Positions 27,492 through 40,812 of a stretch of 64,000 nt of DNA are shown here, piece by piece; position 1 is the first letter of the stretch; each line of letters starts with the position of its first letter. The notes beneath the pieces are model-generated. The model made no database searches and was not told the DNA's origin. It worked only from the letters and a program-made list of their open reading frames with translations. A program made the position numbers and the translations under genes. The stretch comes from Octopus sinensis (taxonomy: Eukaryota): the NCBI RefSeq assembly GCF_006345805.1, contig NC_043003.1, forward strand, positions 52,080,001-52,144,000, given 5' to 3'.

Positions 27492-28058
27492 CCATTTCTA
27501 TTCTTCCCGAGCGTCAAACAAATACACCTGCTTGTTATTCCCTCGCCAGTTTTTGTCTTTTGTTTTCTGTAAATTTGAACTATATATATTAGGTTAAGGA
27601 GAGACGATGATCGATGACTAGAAGAATATTAAGCTATATCTGATAACCAGTTGATCTAGTAAGCGGGGCCTTGTGTCAGTGCGCAATGATACCGTCGAGA
27701 TGCGCCGGTGCACAATGAGGCCGTCGAGAGGTAGACCCCGAAACGGTGCACATTCTCTCCTGATGACTCGCTGGCTTCTGGTATGCGGAGCTTTTGACTA
27801 GTAGCACTTGCATGTGCAAGTTGTTTGCAAAACATATATGTATGTATATATATATGTACGTATGTATGTATGTATGTATGTATGTATGTATGTATGTATG
27901 TATGTATGTGTATGTATGTATGTATGTATGTGTGTGTGTATGTATGTATGTATGTATGTATGTATGTATGTATGTATGTATGTATGTATAATTTTTTTTT
28001 TCAGAATAAGATTAAAAAACCAAGGCTGTGAAGATTTTAGAACATTTATAAATAGAAG

Positions 28059-28106
28059 GTCTTACAGCTGTTTCCAGGATATTTATTATATCCCTTCATC
28101 GGAGAC
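28059..28106 (-). ncRNA. Minimal type I hammerhead motif
   Basis: Minus strand GTCT-CCGATGA-AGGGATATAATAAATATCCTG-GAAA-CAGCTG-TA-AGAC. Stems I and II pair; stem III is the palindrome ACAGCTGT. Confidence 0.75.
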
Positions 28107-28136
28107 GGTGTGAGAAAATTGTTAAGCAATAGTTAA

Positions 28137-28281
28137 TTTAGATAAGATACGAAATAGAGAATGAAGTAGAGGAATGAAAATAGATATGAGATATGCAGGG
28201 ATATTGCATCTGTAGATCCCTGCATATCTCATATCTATTTTCATTCCTCCACATCATTCTCTATTTCGTATCTTATCTAAA
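28137..28281. repeat. 66-bp-arm fold-back inverted repeat
   Basis: Arms 28137-28202 and 28216-28281 with two mismatches and a 13-nt spacer. Confidence 0.93.
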
Positions 28282-29203
28282 AAGGGCACGAAAGAGTGTC
28301 CTTTGTGTGACCAGTATGGTCGTGACTGCTTCTCAAAGGTAGGCCTACTCAGCCACAAGCGTGGTCACGGAGGCACCCTCCTCTACCAATGTTATATCTA
28401 GCATGATCTCTGGTGCACCTGATATAGCAGAGTGTGTTGTTCACCCAGTGGACTCACTCGACACTGTTAATCCCATCATCCAGATGGCCGGGCTGTTTCA
28501 GAGGTCAGCGTGGAATAACATGTAGGTCCTTTGCAAACCTTAGGAGCCATATGAGATGTCATCATCGATGAAGAAACCAACCTTGAGATGTTTCTTAGAA
28601 TGAAATTGGTTTGAGATGCTGTCTTGCTCGATCACAAGTCGACTTCCGCCATGTATGCGTGTGTTGTCTGCGCGCGCATCAGCGTTATGATCGAACAAAA
28701 GTTTTAAAGTACACTTCAACTTGCATATCAAGCGTTTTCTCACGATAATAATGATTATAATGCTGAATTCATAAAACATTACCATGTACTTCTCACTCTC
28801 ATTGCAAAGTTAATAACAAAAAGAAATCAAACAATGATTTGATAAAATTAGTGAACATTTTAATTTCCATTGAGATTTCTGAACTATAAGGTAGTGAAAA
28901 AATTTTACAATTGAAATTGAAAAAACACATTCTGCAGAACAAAGTCTATAAAAGGAGTTCAAGAAATATCCCAATGCTAGCATCAAATTAAGGGTTTGAA
29001 ATCCACTTCAGCTCGCATATCAAACTTGTGTAAACGATAACTTCATAAACATCCTATCATAGCCACGTTTCTGTGAGCGCTATCGTCACATAGATGAATC
29101 TATGAGGAAACGTCGCTAAGGAAAACGCTATGAAAGAATAAGATACACCAGTTACTACTATTATACATGAACACATACATACATACATACATACATACAT
29201 ACA

Positions 29204-29237
<34 letters not shown>

Positions 29238-29475
29238 CATACATACATGCATACATACATACTACATACATACATACATATGTTCCATGTAAAATATATA
29301 TATATATATTACATAGAACTCTCTCGTCGCTTCGACAAATGAGTGCTCAGCAGGACAGTGTTTCCAGTGTTTTACCGTGTCGTTTTACCGTTCAGCTATT
29401 GCAGTGATGGTCACCATCATCTGGGAGTAGATTGGACCTAGCTCTATGCTGGTCTCTTTTTTTCCCTCTGGGTGC

Positions 29476-30846
29476 TTAGTTAGTTAGTTAGTTAGTTAGT
29501 TAATTTGGCTCAAAAGCAAATAGCAAGGCCATGTAGGGGGACATGGAGTTAAGTACAGGGTGGTGTTCATGTAAAGAGTTCAGGCCACTTGAGGTCCAGG
29601 GAGGCTTTGAACAAAGCGGTCGTCGGCATCTTCACCATCTCGTCTGGCAGCTTGTTCCACGGATCCGCAACCCGGACGGAGAAAGCTCCTCTCCTTCGAT
29701 TTAGATGAAATCGTCGCAGGTAGAGCTTTTCGGAATGACCCCGCAGCCGACGCTCCGGAGCAGGAGTGAAGAACAGCTCTTTCGAGAGGTTACACTTCCC
29801 GCTTATGATGTTGTGGGCGAGAATGAGATCACCACGGCGGCGGCGTTTTTCAAGAGAACAAAGGTCGAGCGTCCTCAGCCTTTCTTCGTAGGACAAATTT
29901 TTGAGACCATGAACCATGCGGGTAGCCAGCCTCTGGACTCTTTCGAGGTGCTGTATGTCTTTGAGGAGATAAGGAGAAGAGGCTTGAATCCCATACTCCA
30001 ATATGGGTATCACCAGCGTGACATAGAGTGGCAGGAATATGGCTGCTGTGAGCATTCCGAATGACCGTCGAATCAAAAACAGAATTCCGCGCGCTTTGTT
30101 GGCAGCATGGACGCACTGGCCGAAGGCGAAAAGGAGGAATCCACCAAGATACCCAGGTCCTTTACCTGATCGGTCCTCTCCAGCAGCAGACGACCCGGCT
30201 CGAAATCAAGTTGAGTTGCAGGAGTAGAGCCGACAGGCAGATGACAGCACTTTGACACGTTCAGACACAGGTCCCAATCGTTAGACCACTTCCAAATTTG
30301 GTGGAGGCATCGACGAAGATCCTCTATACTACCGCGAGGAGCGACCAGTTTGATATCGTCGGCAAATAGAAGGGTGTGTTGCGTGAGGTCGTCGGGCAAG
30401 TCATTTATGAACTAAGACAACAAGGGCCAAAGCACTGAACCTTGAGGCACGCCACTGCTCGCACTGGAGACGTCGGACCGCGAACCATTAACTTGAACTT
30501 GGAAGGAGCGATCTGAGAGGAAGGCACCAACCCATCGTACAATATCCGGATGGAAACTATATGCTTGAAGCTTGACAAGTAGTAGGCGGTGGTTTACCGA
30601 GTCAAAAGCTTTGGCAAAGTCCAATAAAACGATGTCAACAGCATCACTATCATCGAGGATGCGCGTCACCAATTCTTCCATTACTAGTAAGTTGGTAAAG
30701 CATGATCTCTTCGGCACGAAGCTGTGTTGGGAATCAGTGATCGAGGCTGTGTTTAGGAGGTGGAGCATCATACTTTTCTTAAGGATGGTTTCGAACATCT
30801 TGCTGATTATTGATGTAAGGGAAACCGGTCGGTAGTTATCCTGGCT
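29476..30846 (-). mobile_element. 5'-truncated CR1/L2-group LINE, same family as 1128-2381, frameshifted
   Basis: NYRPVSLT, LDFAKAFDSVNH, SGVPQGSVL and LFADD motifs over ORFs 30412-30798, 30073-30399 and 29567-30076. (TAAC)n 3' tail at 29476-29502. Confidence 0.94.
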
Positions 30847-31542
30847 GCCTCAAATTTTGTGCTTTATTCAGTGCTACTAATTCCCATATCTTCAGATTAA
30901 TCTTGCAGATCTTCAAGAGTGTACTTATAACGGAGCAATGGACGGTCTTGGTGTCTGGCACTAGAGCTAAGCTAACCACAGAAGAGGGTTCTAGGCAAGC
31001 GAATGTCTTCCATATGTACCACAAGGTCAACCCATCTCAGTTGCGCTTTAATAAGGAAACACACTATATCTAGAACCCCTGTGATGCGGGCATTGCCTTG
31101 CAACTTGATGTTGCAAATTTAACTGCCAAAGCGCTACCTTTACGATAGCATGTTCGCAATATACATTCTTCTATCCACTAATTTCTCTTTTTCTCACCTG
31201 CCTCTATACCGCTACATTCCCTCTCTTAAAGTGCCGTTTTTTCTGCCTCACCTTTTTTATTTTCTATTCATTTTCTCTCTTCTCCTGTCCCCTCTCACCC
31301 TCTATTTCTATCTCTTTCTCTCTTGCTCTCTCCACCTCTACCTCTTCCTATCTCTTCATGATGAAACATCAGGAGAACAGCTTCAAAGCAAGGCTTTCTC
31401 TCTCTGCCACTCTCTTTACCTCTCTCTCTGTATCAACCTCTGGTCTCTATGTCCTTCGTTTTCTCTCTCTCTCTCTTCCCTCCCTCTCCTACTCTCTGCG
31501 TCACAGCCTGTCTGTCTCCCTCTCTCTCTCTCTCTCACACAC

Positions 31543-31629
<87 letters not shown>

Positions 31630-31797
31630 TATATATACATGTATATATATAATGCATGTATATATATGTGTATATGGATATGTAAATATATATATATATA
31701 TATATGTTTATATATGTACACATATATGTATATGTATGTATATACATATGTATATATGTATGTGTATACATATTGTATATTTATGTTATATATATAT

Positions 31798-31854
<57 letters not shown>

Positions 31855-32108
31855 TCATATATATATGTATATGTATGTGTGTGCGTGTGGGGGAGTAAGA
31901 GTGAGAGAGTGAGAGAGAGAGAGAGAATGAGAGCTAGTGTATGTTTCTGGATTACAAGACGCTTCATCTGGAGAACAAGTTTACTTATTCCTTGCTAGAT
32001 GTTTCTTCTAGAGAACAACCACGCTGTTTCTAGTTTCATTAAAGCTTTTGATGGGAACCGAGAGATGAAGTTGGAAGATGATTATCAATAAGGTCTGTGG
32101 GATGGAAG

Positions 32109-32145
<37 letters not shown>

Positions 32146-32837
32146 GGTATTTGCTTGTGTGCTTGTCTGTATAAAAATTTACATAGAAACATAGACACCT
32201 AGACCTCTTCACTGATGGACATCATCTTGCAACGACGACTTTCAGTTTCAAACACTGTATTGAACCTAGAAGCTGCAAAGCTGCTCTTCAGATGAAACAT
32301 GTAACAAATTGTAAGTGAATATGGTGGTGATGGTAGTGGTGGTGGTAGCTGAGGCGCTCAAGGATGACGGTGAGAGTAAGCGATGTGAAAAACAATGGCG
32401 ATGGTGGTGGAGGGGAAGGCGGCGAAGTCAAAAGTATTGATGGTGGTGGCGTCAGAAGTCTGAATGGTGTGTGTATGGTAGATGTGGTGGCAATGGTGTT
32501 GGTATTATTGTTTATCATGCAGCTTTGCAATAAGTTCCAAGTCAACAAATTATATCACTGTTTTGATGAAAAGTGTTCATTGCTTGAAAAATATTGTTCA
32601 AGTTTAATAAAACTTAATATGTGCCCAATGCATGAAGTGTCATTGTTGGGCCCAAGGCCTAATAAAGAGCCCTCCACAGGGGCTAACTTAACAGCCTTTA
32701 ATCTAGTATATATATGCACACATACATAATATATGTATACACACACACATACACATACACACATGTATACACACAAACATACACATACACACATGTATAA
32801 ACAAACATGCACATACACACATGTATATATATTAAAT

Positions 32838-32883
<46 letters not shown>

Positions 32884-33020
32884 TAAAACAAATCAAAATG
32901 AGATATGAATGTAATGAGAGACAGGCACAGACAGAAAAAAGGAAAATTCCCCTAAGCATTTGAATACTAAGCAAATATTCTTTTCATTAATTTTTCCAAA
33001 ATTTAATTATTTTCCATATT

Positions 33021-33060
33021 TACAGTTGAAAAAGTCTCAATGACCGAAACCGGTACTAAA
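33021..33060 (+). ncRNA. Degenerate hammerhead-like motif
   Basis: AG-TTGAAAA-AGTCTCAATGACC-GAAA-CCGG-TA-CT. The palindrome ACCGGT is retained; the 5' core is decayed. Confidence 0.35.
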
Positions 33061-33394
33061 ATGTTTTTTATAAAATTATTTTAGCATTTACTACCTTGAC
33101 TTTTTCCCATATATATATATATATATAAGGTTACCTACGTTAGAGGTTAAAATAACCGTCTAAGGGATAGAAGTATCCATTATACTACCGGTATATTACC
33201 TATGTTTAACCATGGGCATACATATGCAAGCATATTATGCTCATGAATTATAGGTAAAGAAGAGGATAACAATGAATTTATCAAGAATCAAAATTTAAAG
33301 AAAACAGAAAATGGAGAAATATTGATGAACAACAATTGACTTGCATCAATTTTTTTTATTTATTAATTATTTGAATTAATAAATAATATATATA

Positions 33395-33549
33395 CTTTAT
33401 TTAAAAGCAGCAGAAATAATATAACAAAAGCTGTTACTCAACTTTCACGTTCCTGTTCGTCGGACAGTTTTGTTAAAACTGTCCGACAAACAGGAACGTG
33501 AAACTCTGAGTAACAGCTTTTGTTATATTTCTGCTGCTTTTAAATAAAG
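33395..33549. repeat. ~76-bp-arm fold-back carrying a hammerhead-like motif on each strand
   Basis: Arms 33395-33471 and 33475-33549. The plus copy at 33479-33516 reads CTGT-CCGACAA-ACAGGAACGT-GAAA-CTCTGAG-TA-ACAG. Confidence 0.88.
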
Positions 33550-33618
33550 CACATTACTCTACCTCTGGTATTTGAGTACTCCTTTTTTCCACCTTGTTTC
33601 ACATTATGTGCTTACTCG

Positions 33619-33685
<67 letters not shown>

Positions 33686-33897
33686 TATATATTATATATA
33701 CATATATATATATGTATTATATATATGTACTATAATATATATATATATATAAATACATACATATGTATTATATGTATATACACACACACTCTCACACCAC
33801 ACACCACACACACACGCGCGCGACGCACACACACACACGCACACACATATATATATATATATTACTTTATTTAAAGCAGCAGAAAATTCAACAAAAT

Positions 33898-33935
33898 CTG
33901 TTACTCTGAGTTTCTCTTTGCCGTTCATCAGACAG
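33898..33935 (-). ncRNA. Hammerhead motif with canonical core, same family as 33479-33516
   Basis: Minus strand CTGT-CTGATGA-ACGGCAAAGA-GAAA-CTCAGAG-TA-ACAG. Stem II is decayed. Confidence 0.65.
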
Positions 33936-35437
33936 TTTTTGCTAGAATGGAACCGATATATCAATTCAATCTAGACTGGAAAAAAAATGGACTTGTTTGA
34001 TTGGCCCTTTAGAAATAACGGTCAATCTTCGAGCGATAAACAAAAAAAGCTCAAAAATATATGTATATATATATAAAAAATTATAAAAATTATAAAATTC
34101 GAGGAAAAAACCTTACATTGAATAAAATACATATTGACGTTAATGAAGAAAGTATAATTAATGCATAGAAATTAAAACTTATTACAAATATTACACTGCA
34201 ATACATATTTATATTAAAGTGTACATATATATATATCAACATACACAGAAGGATTCGTGCAAACGCCATACATATATAGACGTATAAATATAAATCTAAA
34301 ATATACACACAAATGCATTCATACATATATGTCCGCAATCTCGCACGCAAGTTAAAATCATCGATGTAGCGATTCTCATTTACTGAGTAAAGCTTAAGTA
34401 AGGGGGACGTAAAGTTGTATCAGTATCAGTTAGAGAAAAAAAACGAAAGAAAGGAAGAGAGAAAAAGGAACGAAGAAGGAGGAAGGAAAAAAGAAAAAGG
34501 AGGGGTGGGGAAAAAAACGAAATAAGAAAAATTATGTATACAAGCTATGTAACCGCGTTATTGACATATATGGAGACAAGTATACAAATACACAAGTTCG
34601 AATGGATACATACACATACAGTCATGTATATGTGTGCTTAAGCACAAACATACGCTCACTTACACATACACAGATACGCATGCTTACAAATACATATCCA
34701 TGGCTATACACATACTTATATCAAAATTCTAATTTTTGACATTACTTTTTAAAAAAGGTGAGTGCAATAATGAAAAATATACGAAAGACATAAAATATAA
34801 CACCCTATTTTGGATCATCTATAAATTAAAAATCAAGGTAATCCTATACAATACAATAACATGAAATAAACAAAGTCGAAGGTTTTTCCTAATGTATATG
34901 TAGAAATATAAGACTTTGCTATACGGAATGAAATCTGCATAGCGCGAAACAAATCCATCGTCGCGTTTACATAACTAGTTCAAGAGTCAAAATCAAAATT
35001 TCAAAAATCAAAAATACAAAATATATACTCTATCCATATGGTATATTTATATTTTACATTTTAAATTTGGTTGCGTGCCTACATAAGTCCATTAGCTCAC
35101 TTCTTTGATTCAAAGAATTATTGTCTTTGAATAAAATGTACATTTTTTCTAATAGGCAAAGCTTGCATTTAAAATTATTTCTGTGTGCTCCATGCCTGTA
35201 TGGTGCCGCTCTGTCCAGAATGCTCCATGTCACGTTGAAAGGTGGGGTTTCCTTTTCTTTTAGTTCCCAGACATATTTTGCTAGGCTGGTCCTCTCCTAT
35301 TCTCTGGGTATTTAAATGAATTTTTATGTGAACAAAATCGTGTTTTAAATGAATTTTCTGAAGCCCCTGTGTATGTCTTGTATTCCGATGAGCCTTCTAC
35401 TTGCACCTTGGCTCTATAAACTACTCTTTTTCACTAG

Positions 35438-35506
<69 letters not shown>

Positions 35507-35509
35507 CAT

Positions 35510-35770
35510 AGGATCGCGGTTTCGATTCCCAGACCGGGCGTTGTTGTGGTGTTTATTGAGCGAAAACAACTAAAGCTCCACGAGGCTCCGGCAGGGGGGG
35601 AGTGATCCCTGCTGTACTCTTTCACCACAACTTTCTCTCACTCTTTCTTCTGTTGGCCTGGTCGCTTAGCCAGCGCGGTAGCGTCATTGAAGGCTAAAAC
35701 AATGCGAAGCGTATTGTGACCAGCGATGTGTAGCAACATCTGATGGCCTGGTCGGTCACGTGATCACGTG
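35510..35770 (+). mobile_element. 5'-truncated tRNA-derived SINE
   Basis: GATCGCGGTTTCGATTCCCAGACCGGGCG head resembles 21650-21690; the body differs. Confidence 0.6.
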
Positions 35771-36297
35771 ATATATATGCATATATATATATAAAAAACA
35801 TATAACGCACACCTTACCACACGCACGCACACACATATTACGTATTTATATACTTATATAATAATATATCACATATATAAATTTATATGATACACACACA
35901 CACACACACACGCATATATATATATATATATATATACAGACACACGCAGACATATACATATATATTCATACACATGTATAAAAAATATGTATTTGTACAC
36001 ATATATGTATATATATACGTGTATATGTATATTTGTACACACACATACACGCATCCACTAACACTTCACCCCTATTCATCTCTCTTCATTATTGTTTTTT
36101 GTATATTTAAGATAAAAATCTATTTTTGCATTTTATTTTCTTGTTTATTTTACCTCCCTCCCCCCTTCCCACCTTATACCACATTTGTTGCGCTCTCCTC
36201 ATCCTACCATTTCTCGTACTTCTCTCTCACAACTCTCTCTCTCTCATTTTGTCTTTGTCTATACATACACAGCAAACACATACGTACGCACACACAT

Positions 36298-36351
<54 letters not shown>

Positions 36352-37314
36352 ACACGCACGCACAGATACACTCATACATGCGCACACATAAGTGGATCGA
36401 AAACACGCTCTCACACATGTATGTACGTGTCTATGTGAATGTGCGTGCGTATGTTTGTATGTGTGTGTGTTTGTAGATATACATATATATAATATGTGTG
36501 TTGTGTGTGTGTGTGTGTGTATCTTGTGTATGTATGTATGTGTGTCTATGTGAGTGTATGATGGGTTTGTATATGTAATATAGCCAATCTCATTCTTTCT
36601 CTGCTTCTTTCCCTCTTTCTAACTCCATTTTTTCATTTCTTTTTTTTCTTCCAGTCTCTCTCTCTTTCTTACTCTATTCTTTCTTTCCTCACATGAAACT
36701 TGGGTGGTCTGTTTCTATCTGAAACAACATATCACGGTTCTTCACACTCTTGTTAAACTACAATAACAACAGTATGTACCGCCATTTTACCCCAGTGTCG
36801 TCTGCTCTATCAGTTTGCAACTAACACTCAAAAATAGATTGCACATTTCTACACACAAACCCGTTACTGTGTAAATTTACGAAGAACGTGTAGGGAAGGG
36901 AAGTTATTAAATAATGATAAGGGCCACTTAACCTTTTTATGCTTCCTATATTTATTGTAGGAAGCAAGTGAAAGGACGAAAGGACTATCTACATACGGCA
37001 TGATACTTAATCTTTCAAAAAGCAGTCTAAGAAAAAATCATCCTGGAAAAATCTAAGGAGAAATTTATAAAATTACAATATTCCCTAATTATATATAAAC
37101 GATATTAAAAGTACTGATGTTGAATTTATTTCGAGGAGTTATAAATACAAAGTCTAATTCCCAGCAACTTGTTTTTGGCCAGATGTTCATTCTTTTAATT
37201 AACCCCACCCCTGTGTGTCTGTCTATCTGTCTCTGTCTCTGTCTCTCTGTCTCTCTCTTTCTTTCACTCTCCCTCTCTCTCTCTCTTTTCCGCCTTCCTC
37301 TTTGTCTCTGTGTT

Positions 37315-37690
37315 TCATTTATCTTTAACCCTTACCTTTTACTTGTTAAGATCATTGGATTGCGGCCAAGTTGGGGCACCACCCTGAAAGGGTTTGGTCG
37401 AACTAATCAATACTGGTATTTACCATTTTTTTTAAAGTTTGGTATTTATTCTATCGGTTTCCTTTCTGGAACCGCTAAGTTACGGGGATGTAAACAAATC
37501 AGTACTGGTTAATTGTCAAGCAGTGTGGTCACACACAAACATGCACTCGTATTCATTTATACGACAGATTCCATTCAGAGGTCGGCCATGGCCGGCCGGG
37601 AGTTATAATAGAAGACATTTGCCCAATGTGTCGTGAGTGAGAATGAACCCGAAACCACGTGGTTGCAAAGCGAACTTCTTAACCACGCTG
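37315..37690 (-). mobile_element. Diverged SINE family C copy
   Basis: Homologous to 46687-47180 (TTCTATCGG..GAACCGCTAAG..GGGGATGTAAAC; AGAAGACATTTGCCCA..GAACCC). Confidence 0.7.
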
Positions 37691-37742
37691 TCCAGTTGAT
37701 ATATATATTTATTTCTCTTTCTACCATTCTTTCTTTCTCGTC

Positions 37743-38297
37743 AGTACACCGGGTGAAATGCTTAGTGGTATTTTGTCTGCCGTTAAGTTCTGAGTTCAAA
37801 TTCCGCCGAGGTCAACTTTGCCTTTCATCCTTTCGGGGTCGATAAATTAAGTACCAGTTACGTACTGGGGTCGATGTAATCGACTTAATCCGTTTGTCTG
37901 TCCTTGTTTGTCTCCTCTGTGTTTAGCCCCTTGTGGGTAGTAAAGAAATAGACATTTCGTCTGCCGCTATGTTCCAAGTTCTAATTCTGCCGAGGTTGAC
38001 TTTGCCTTTCATCCTTTCGGGGTCGATTAAAAAAGTACCAGTTGTGCACTGGGGTCGATATAATCGACTTAATCCATTTGTCTGTCCTTGTTTGTCCTCT
38101 CTGTGTTTAGCCCCTTGTGGGTAGTAAAGAAATAGGTATTTTGTCTGCCGTTACGTTCTGCGTTCAAATTCCGCCGAGGTCGACTTTACCTTTCATTCTT
38201 TCGGGGTCGATTAAATAAGTACCAGCTACGCACTAGGGTCGATGTCATCGACTTAATCCCTTCCCCAAGCTGCTCTTGTGGCAAAAATTTGAAATCG
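37743..38297 (+). mobile_element. SINE family A with ~180 bp internal unit in three tandem copies
   Basis: Three repeats of TTCYGCCGAGGTYRACTTTRCCTTTCATYCTTTCGGGGTCGAT..AAGTACCAG..GGGTCGAT..ATCGACTTAATCC. Confidence 0.88.
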
Positions 38298-38461
38298 TTC
38301 TTTCCTTCTGTGTTTCTCTCTGTCTATATTTCCATTTCTCCCCACTCTTTCTCCTTCTCTATCTGTCTGTCTGTCTGTCTGTCTGTCTATCAGTCTGTCT
38401 GTCTGTCTATCAGTCTGTCTGTCTGTCGTCTGTCTGTCTCTCTCTCTCTCTTCTCTCTCTC

Positions 38462-38550
<89 letters not shown>

Positions 38551-39614
38551 TAGTTTAGCTGTCAAAGGTATCCGATACTAAGTTTTCAGAACTAGGTCTC
38601 TGATTCTAGTCATTATCTTTCAATGAAATTTATTTCGTGCAAACAGTCAAATTAACCCACCAGTAAAAGTTAAAGGTTGTTTAGATTTCTGACTATCTAA
38701 TTTAATAATTCACAACCTCAAGATTGGATTTTATCTGTAGTTTTTTTAAAAAATCAGTGATAAACAAATTTTCCACTCAAGGGAAGATGCATCGTCCAAT
38801 TGTTTTACTAATCAACGACGATCAAAACTTAACACAGGAACGCACCTTTTTGACCGAGGCATACCGACATGTTGGCTTATCTTGAACTTCGCAATTAACA
38901 CACAAACGGGAGTCCGAATAAGGCTATCAGGTCCTTTCCCTTACAGCAACGTGTCATCATAACTTCACCCTTAACGACCCGAGCTGAAATTATCATCTCA
39001 TTGGATGTATCTTAAAGATATATTACTCACATCTAGAGGGTCTTCTCTTCGTTAAAACGCTTAAAGGACGCATCAACTGTCTTTTACTGTTGCCATTGCA
39101 GCTGTTGTTGCTGTTGCTGTTATTTAGACGAAGTCAAACACGATCAAGCAGAACTGTGACTATGATGAAAGGCATTCCAGCTTTTACCATTTCGTCTTTT
39201 GGAGGATTAGTTGTCTTGGAGGACTATATCTAGTGTGTGATTTCCTTTCTAAGACGGTTGGGTGTAATGTGAGGGAGAAATGTCCATTTGTCGCGAAAAG
39301 TCTCCGTCATTGAGTCGATTTCAAGCTGTTGTGTAGTACATTTTTTCCAAGCTGGAATTCTCCGAGTTCAATGAATCTAGTGACATTGTTTAATTGATAA
39401 GAGAGGGAGAAAGATAGAAGTAGTGTGACTAAGAGAGAGAAAAAATGCGACAAGAGAGACAGAATGAGGCAGAAGAGAGAGAAAGAAAGAATGAGTGAAA
39501 GGAGAGAGAGAGTGAGCGGGGAAGAAGACCATTTTCGTTGTGTAACGTGAGTCGTTTCGCTTTCCTGGAAGCCTTCTGACAAATTCTCGCTTATTAGAAA
39601 GCGTAACGACCCAC

Positions 39615-40387
39615 ATTACACGACGAAAACAGTGAAGTTTAGGGGTAAGAGTCTGATGCTTTGGGGATACATAAAAAGTGATGGTTCAAGAAAGTTGGTT
39701 AACATTGCCGGTGACTTGAATAGTGCCAAATACAACTAGTTGCTGAAGGACAATTTAATACTAGACTTGGATGAAGGTGAAATTTTTCAGTATGACGGAG
39801 ATCCATCCCTGCCACAGATCGTGTACAACACAACAGAGTCTGGTTGATGAAAGTGTTCAGAGCCCTGATTTAAATATCATCGAGCAAATGTGGATAGAAC
39901 TAAAGAGGAGTTCGTCGGGAGAATCCACGCAATCTTGAAGAGCTGTGGGAGCTCAGCCACAGAGAATGGAATATCATACCTGTGAAGATGTTGAAGGATT
40001 TGTTCGCATCTCTTCCCAGGCGCATTGAAGCAATTGTTCAATCTGAGGGAAGCAATACGAAATATTAACAATGTACAGTAACTTCTTGAAATGAATATTA
40101 CGTAATAAATTTTCATTATAGACATTTTTTCTATTTCAAAACATATCTTGATTGGTTTATGTAAGGTGGCTGAAAACATTTACACAGTCATTTTTAGTGG
40201 TTGTCTCGCATCTTCCCATCTCATTCAGAACTCCTACTATAAAATATAATGATTAGGTATGGAAATGACTCCAACAGGACCAATGTTTCGTCTGTAAAAA
40301 ACGCAATACGAAACATCCACTTATAAGTTGGCAATTAGTAGAAATTGACAATAGTTCAAAGTGGCCAAAGACTTTTGCACGATACTG
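39615..40387 (+). mobile_element. Tc1-like transposon 3' fragment
   Basis: TKTVKFRGKSLMLWGYI..IFQYDGDP and QSPDLNIIEQMWIELK remnants. Right TIR GTGGCCAAAGACTTTTGCACGATACTG+TA. Confidence 0.85.
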
Positions 40388-40769
40388 TACAAACTTTATA
40401 TATGTGTGCGTGTGTGTAATGAGTTGTCTATCTATCCATTCATCTAAGCGCGCGCGCGCGTACACACACACACACACACACATACACACACACGCGCACA
40501 ATCGAAACGAAAATGAGAATTTACTCACAACAAATAGGAATAAGGGTATAACAAATGCTATACAAAAAAGAATTTTCATTTATTGGAATATATCCACACT
40601 TCCTGAAATGGTAAAACAACCGCTTGGTGTCTGGTTGGAATAATCTAAATGGAAAAGGGAAATAATCTCAAGAATTAAATATTTTCCAAAACTGTCGAAT
40701 GGCAAACCTGCTGAAAGCTCAAATCTTGTTAAAGTCAAGTGTTACATACATATTCTTTTTTTCCATCTA

Positions 40770-40812
40770 CTGTTGACATATGTTTCGTATCACTTACATT
40801 TCATCAGAACAG
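40770..40812 (-). ncRNA. Minimal type I hammerhead motif, canonical core
   Basis: Minus strand CTGTT-CTGATGA-AATGTAAGTGATAC-GAAA-CATATG-TC-AACAG. Perfect 5-bp stem I, palindrome ACATATGT, GUC site. Confidence 0.8.

Noticed and set aside
27705-27755. GTGCA-CAATGA..CCCC-GAAA-CGG-TGCAC hammerhead-like string
   Set aside because: Stem I pairs, but the core and cleavage triplet are too damaged to count.
28290-28375. FVCDQYGRDCFSKVGLLSHKRGH, resembling an RTE C-terminal Cys/His motif
   Set aside because: Under 90 bp with no other supporting LINE sequence.
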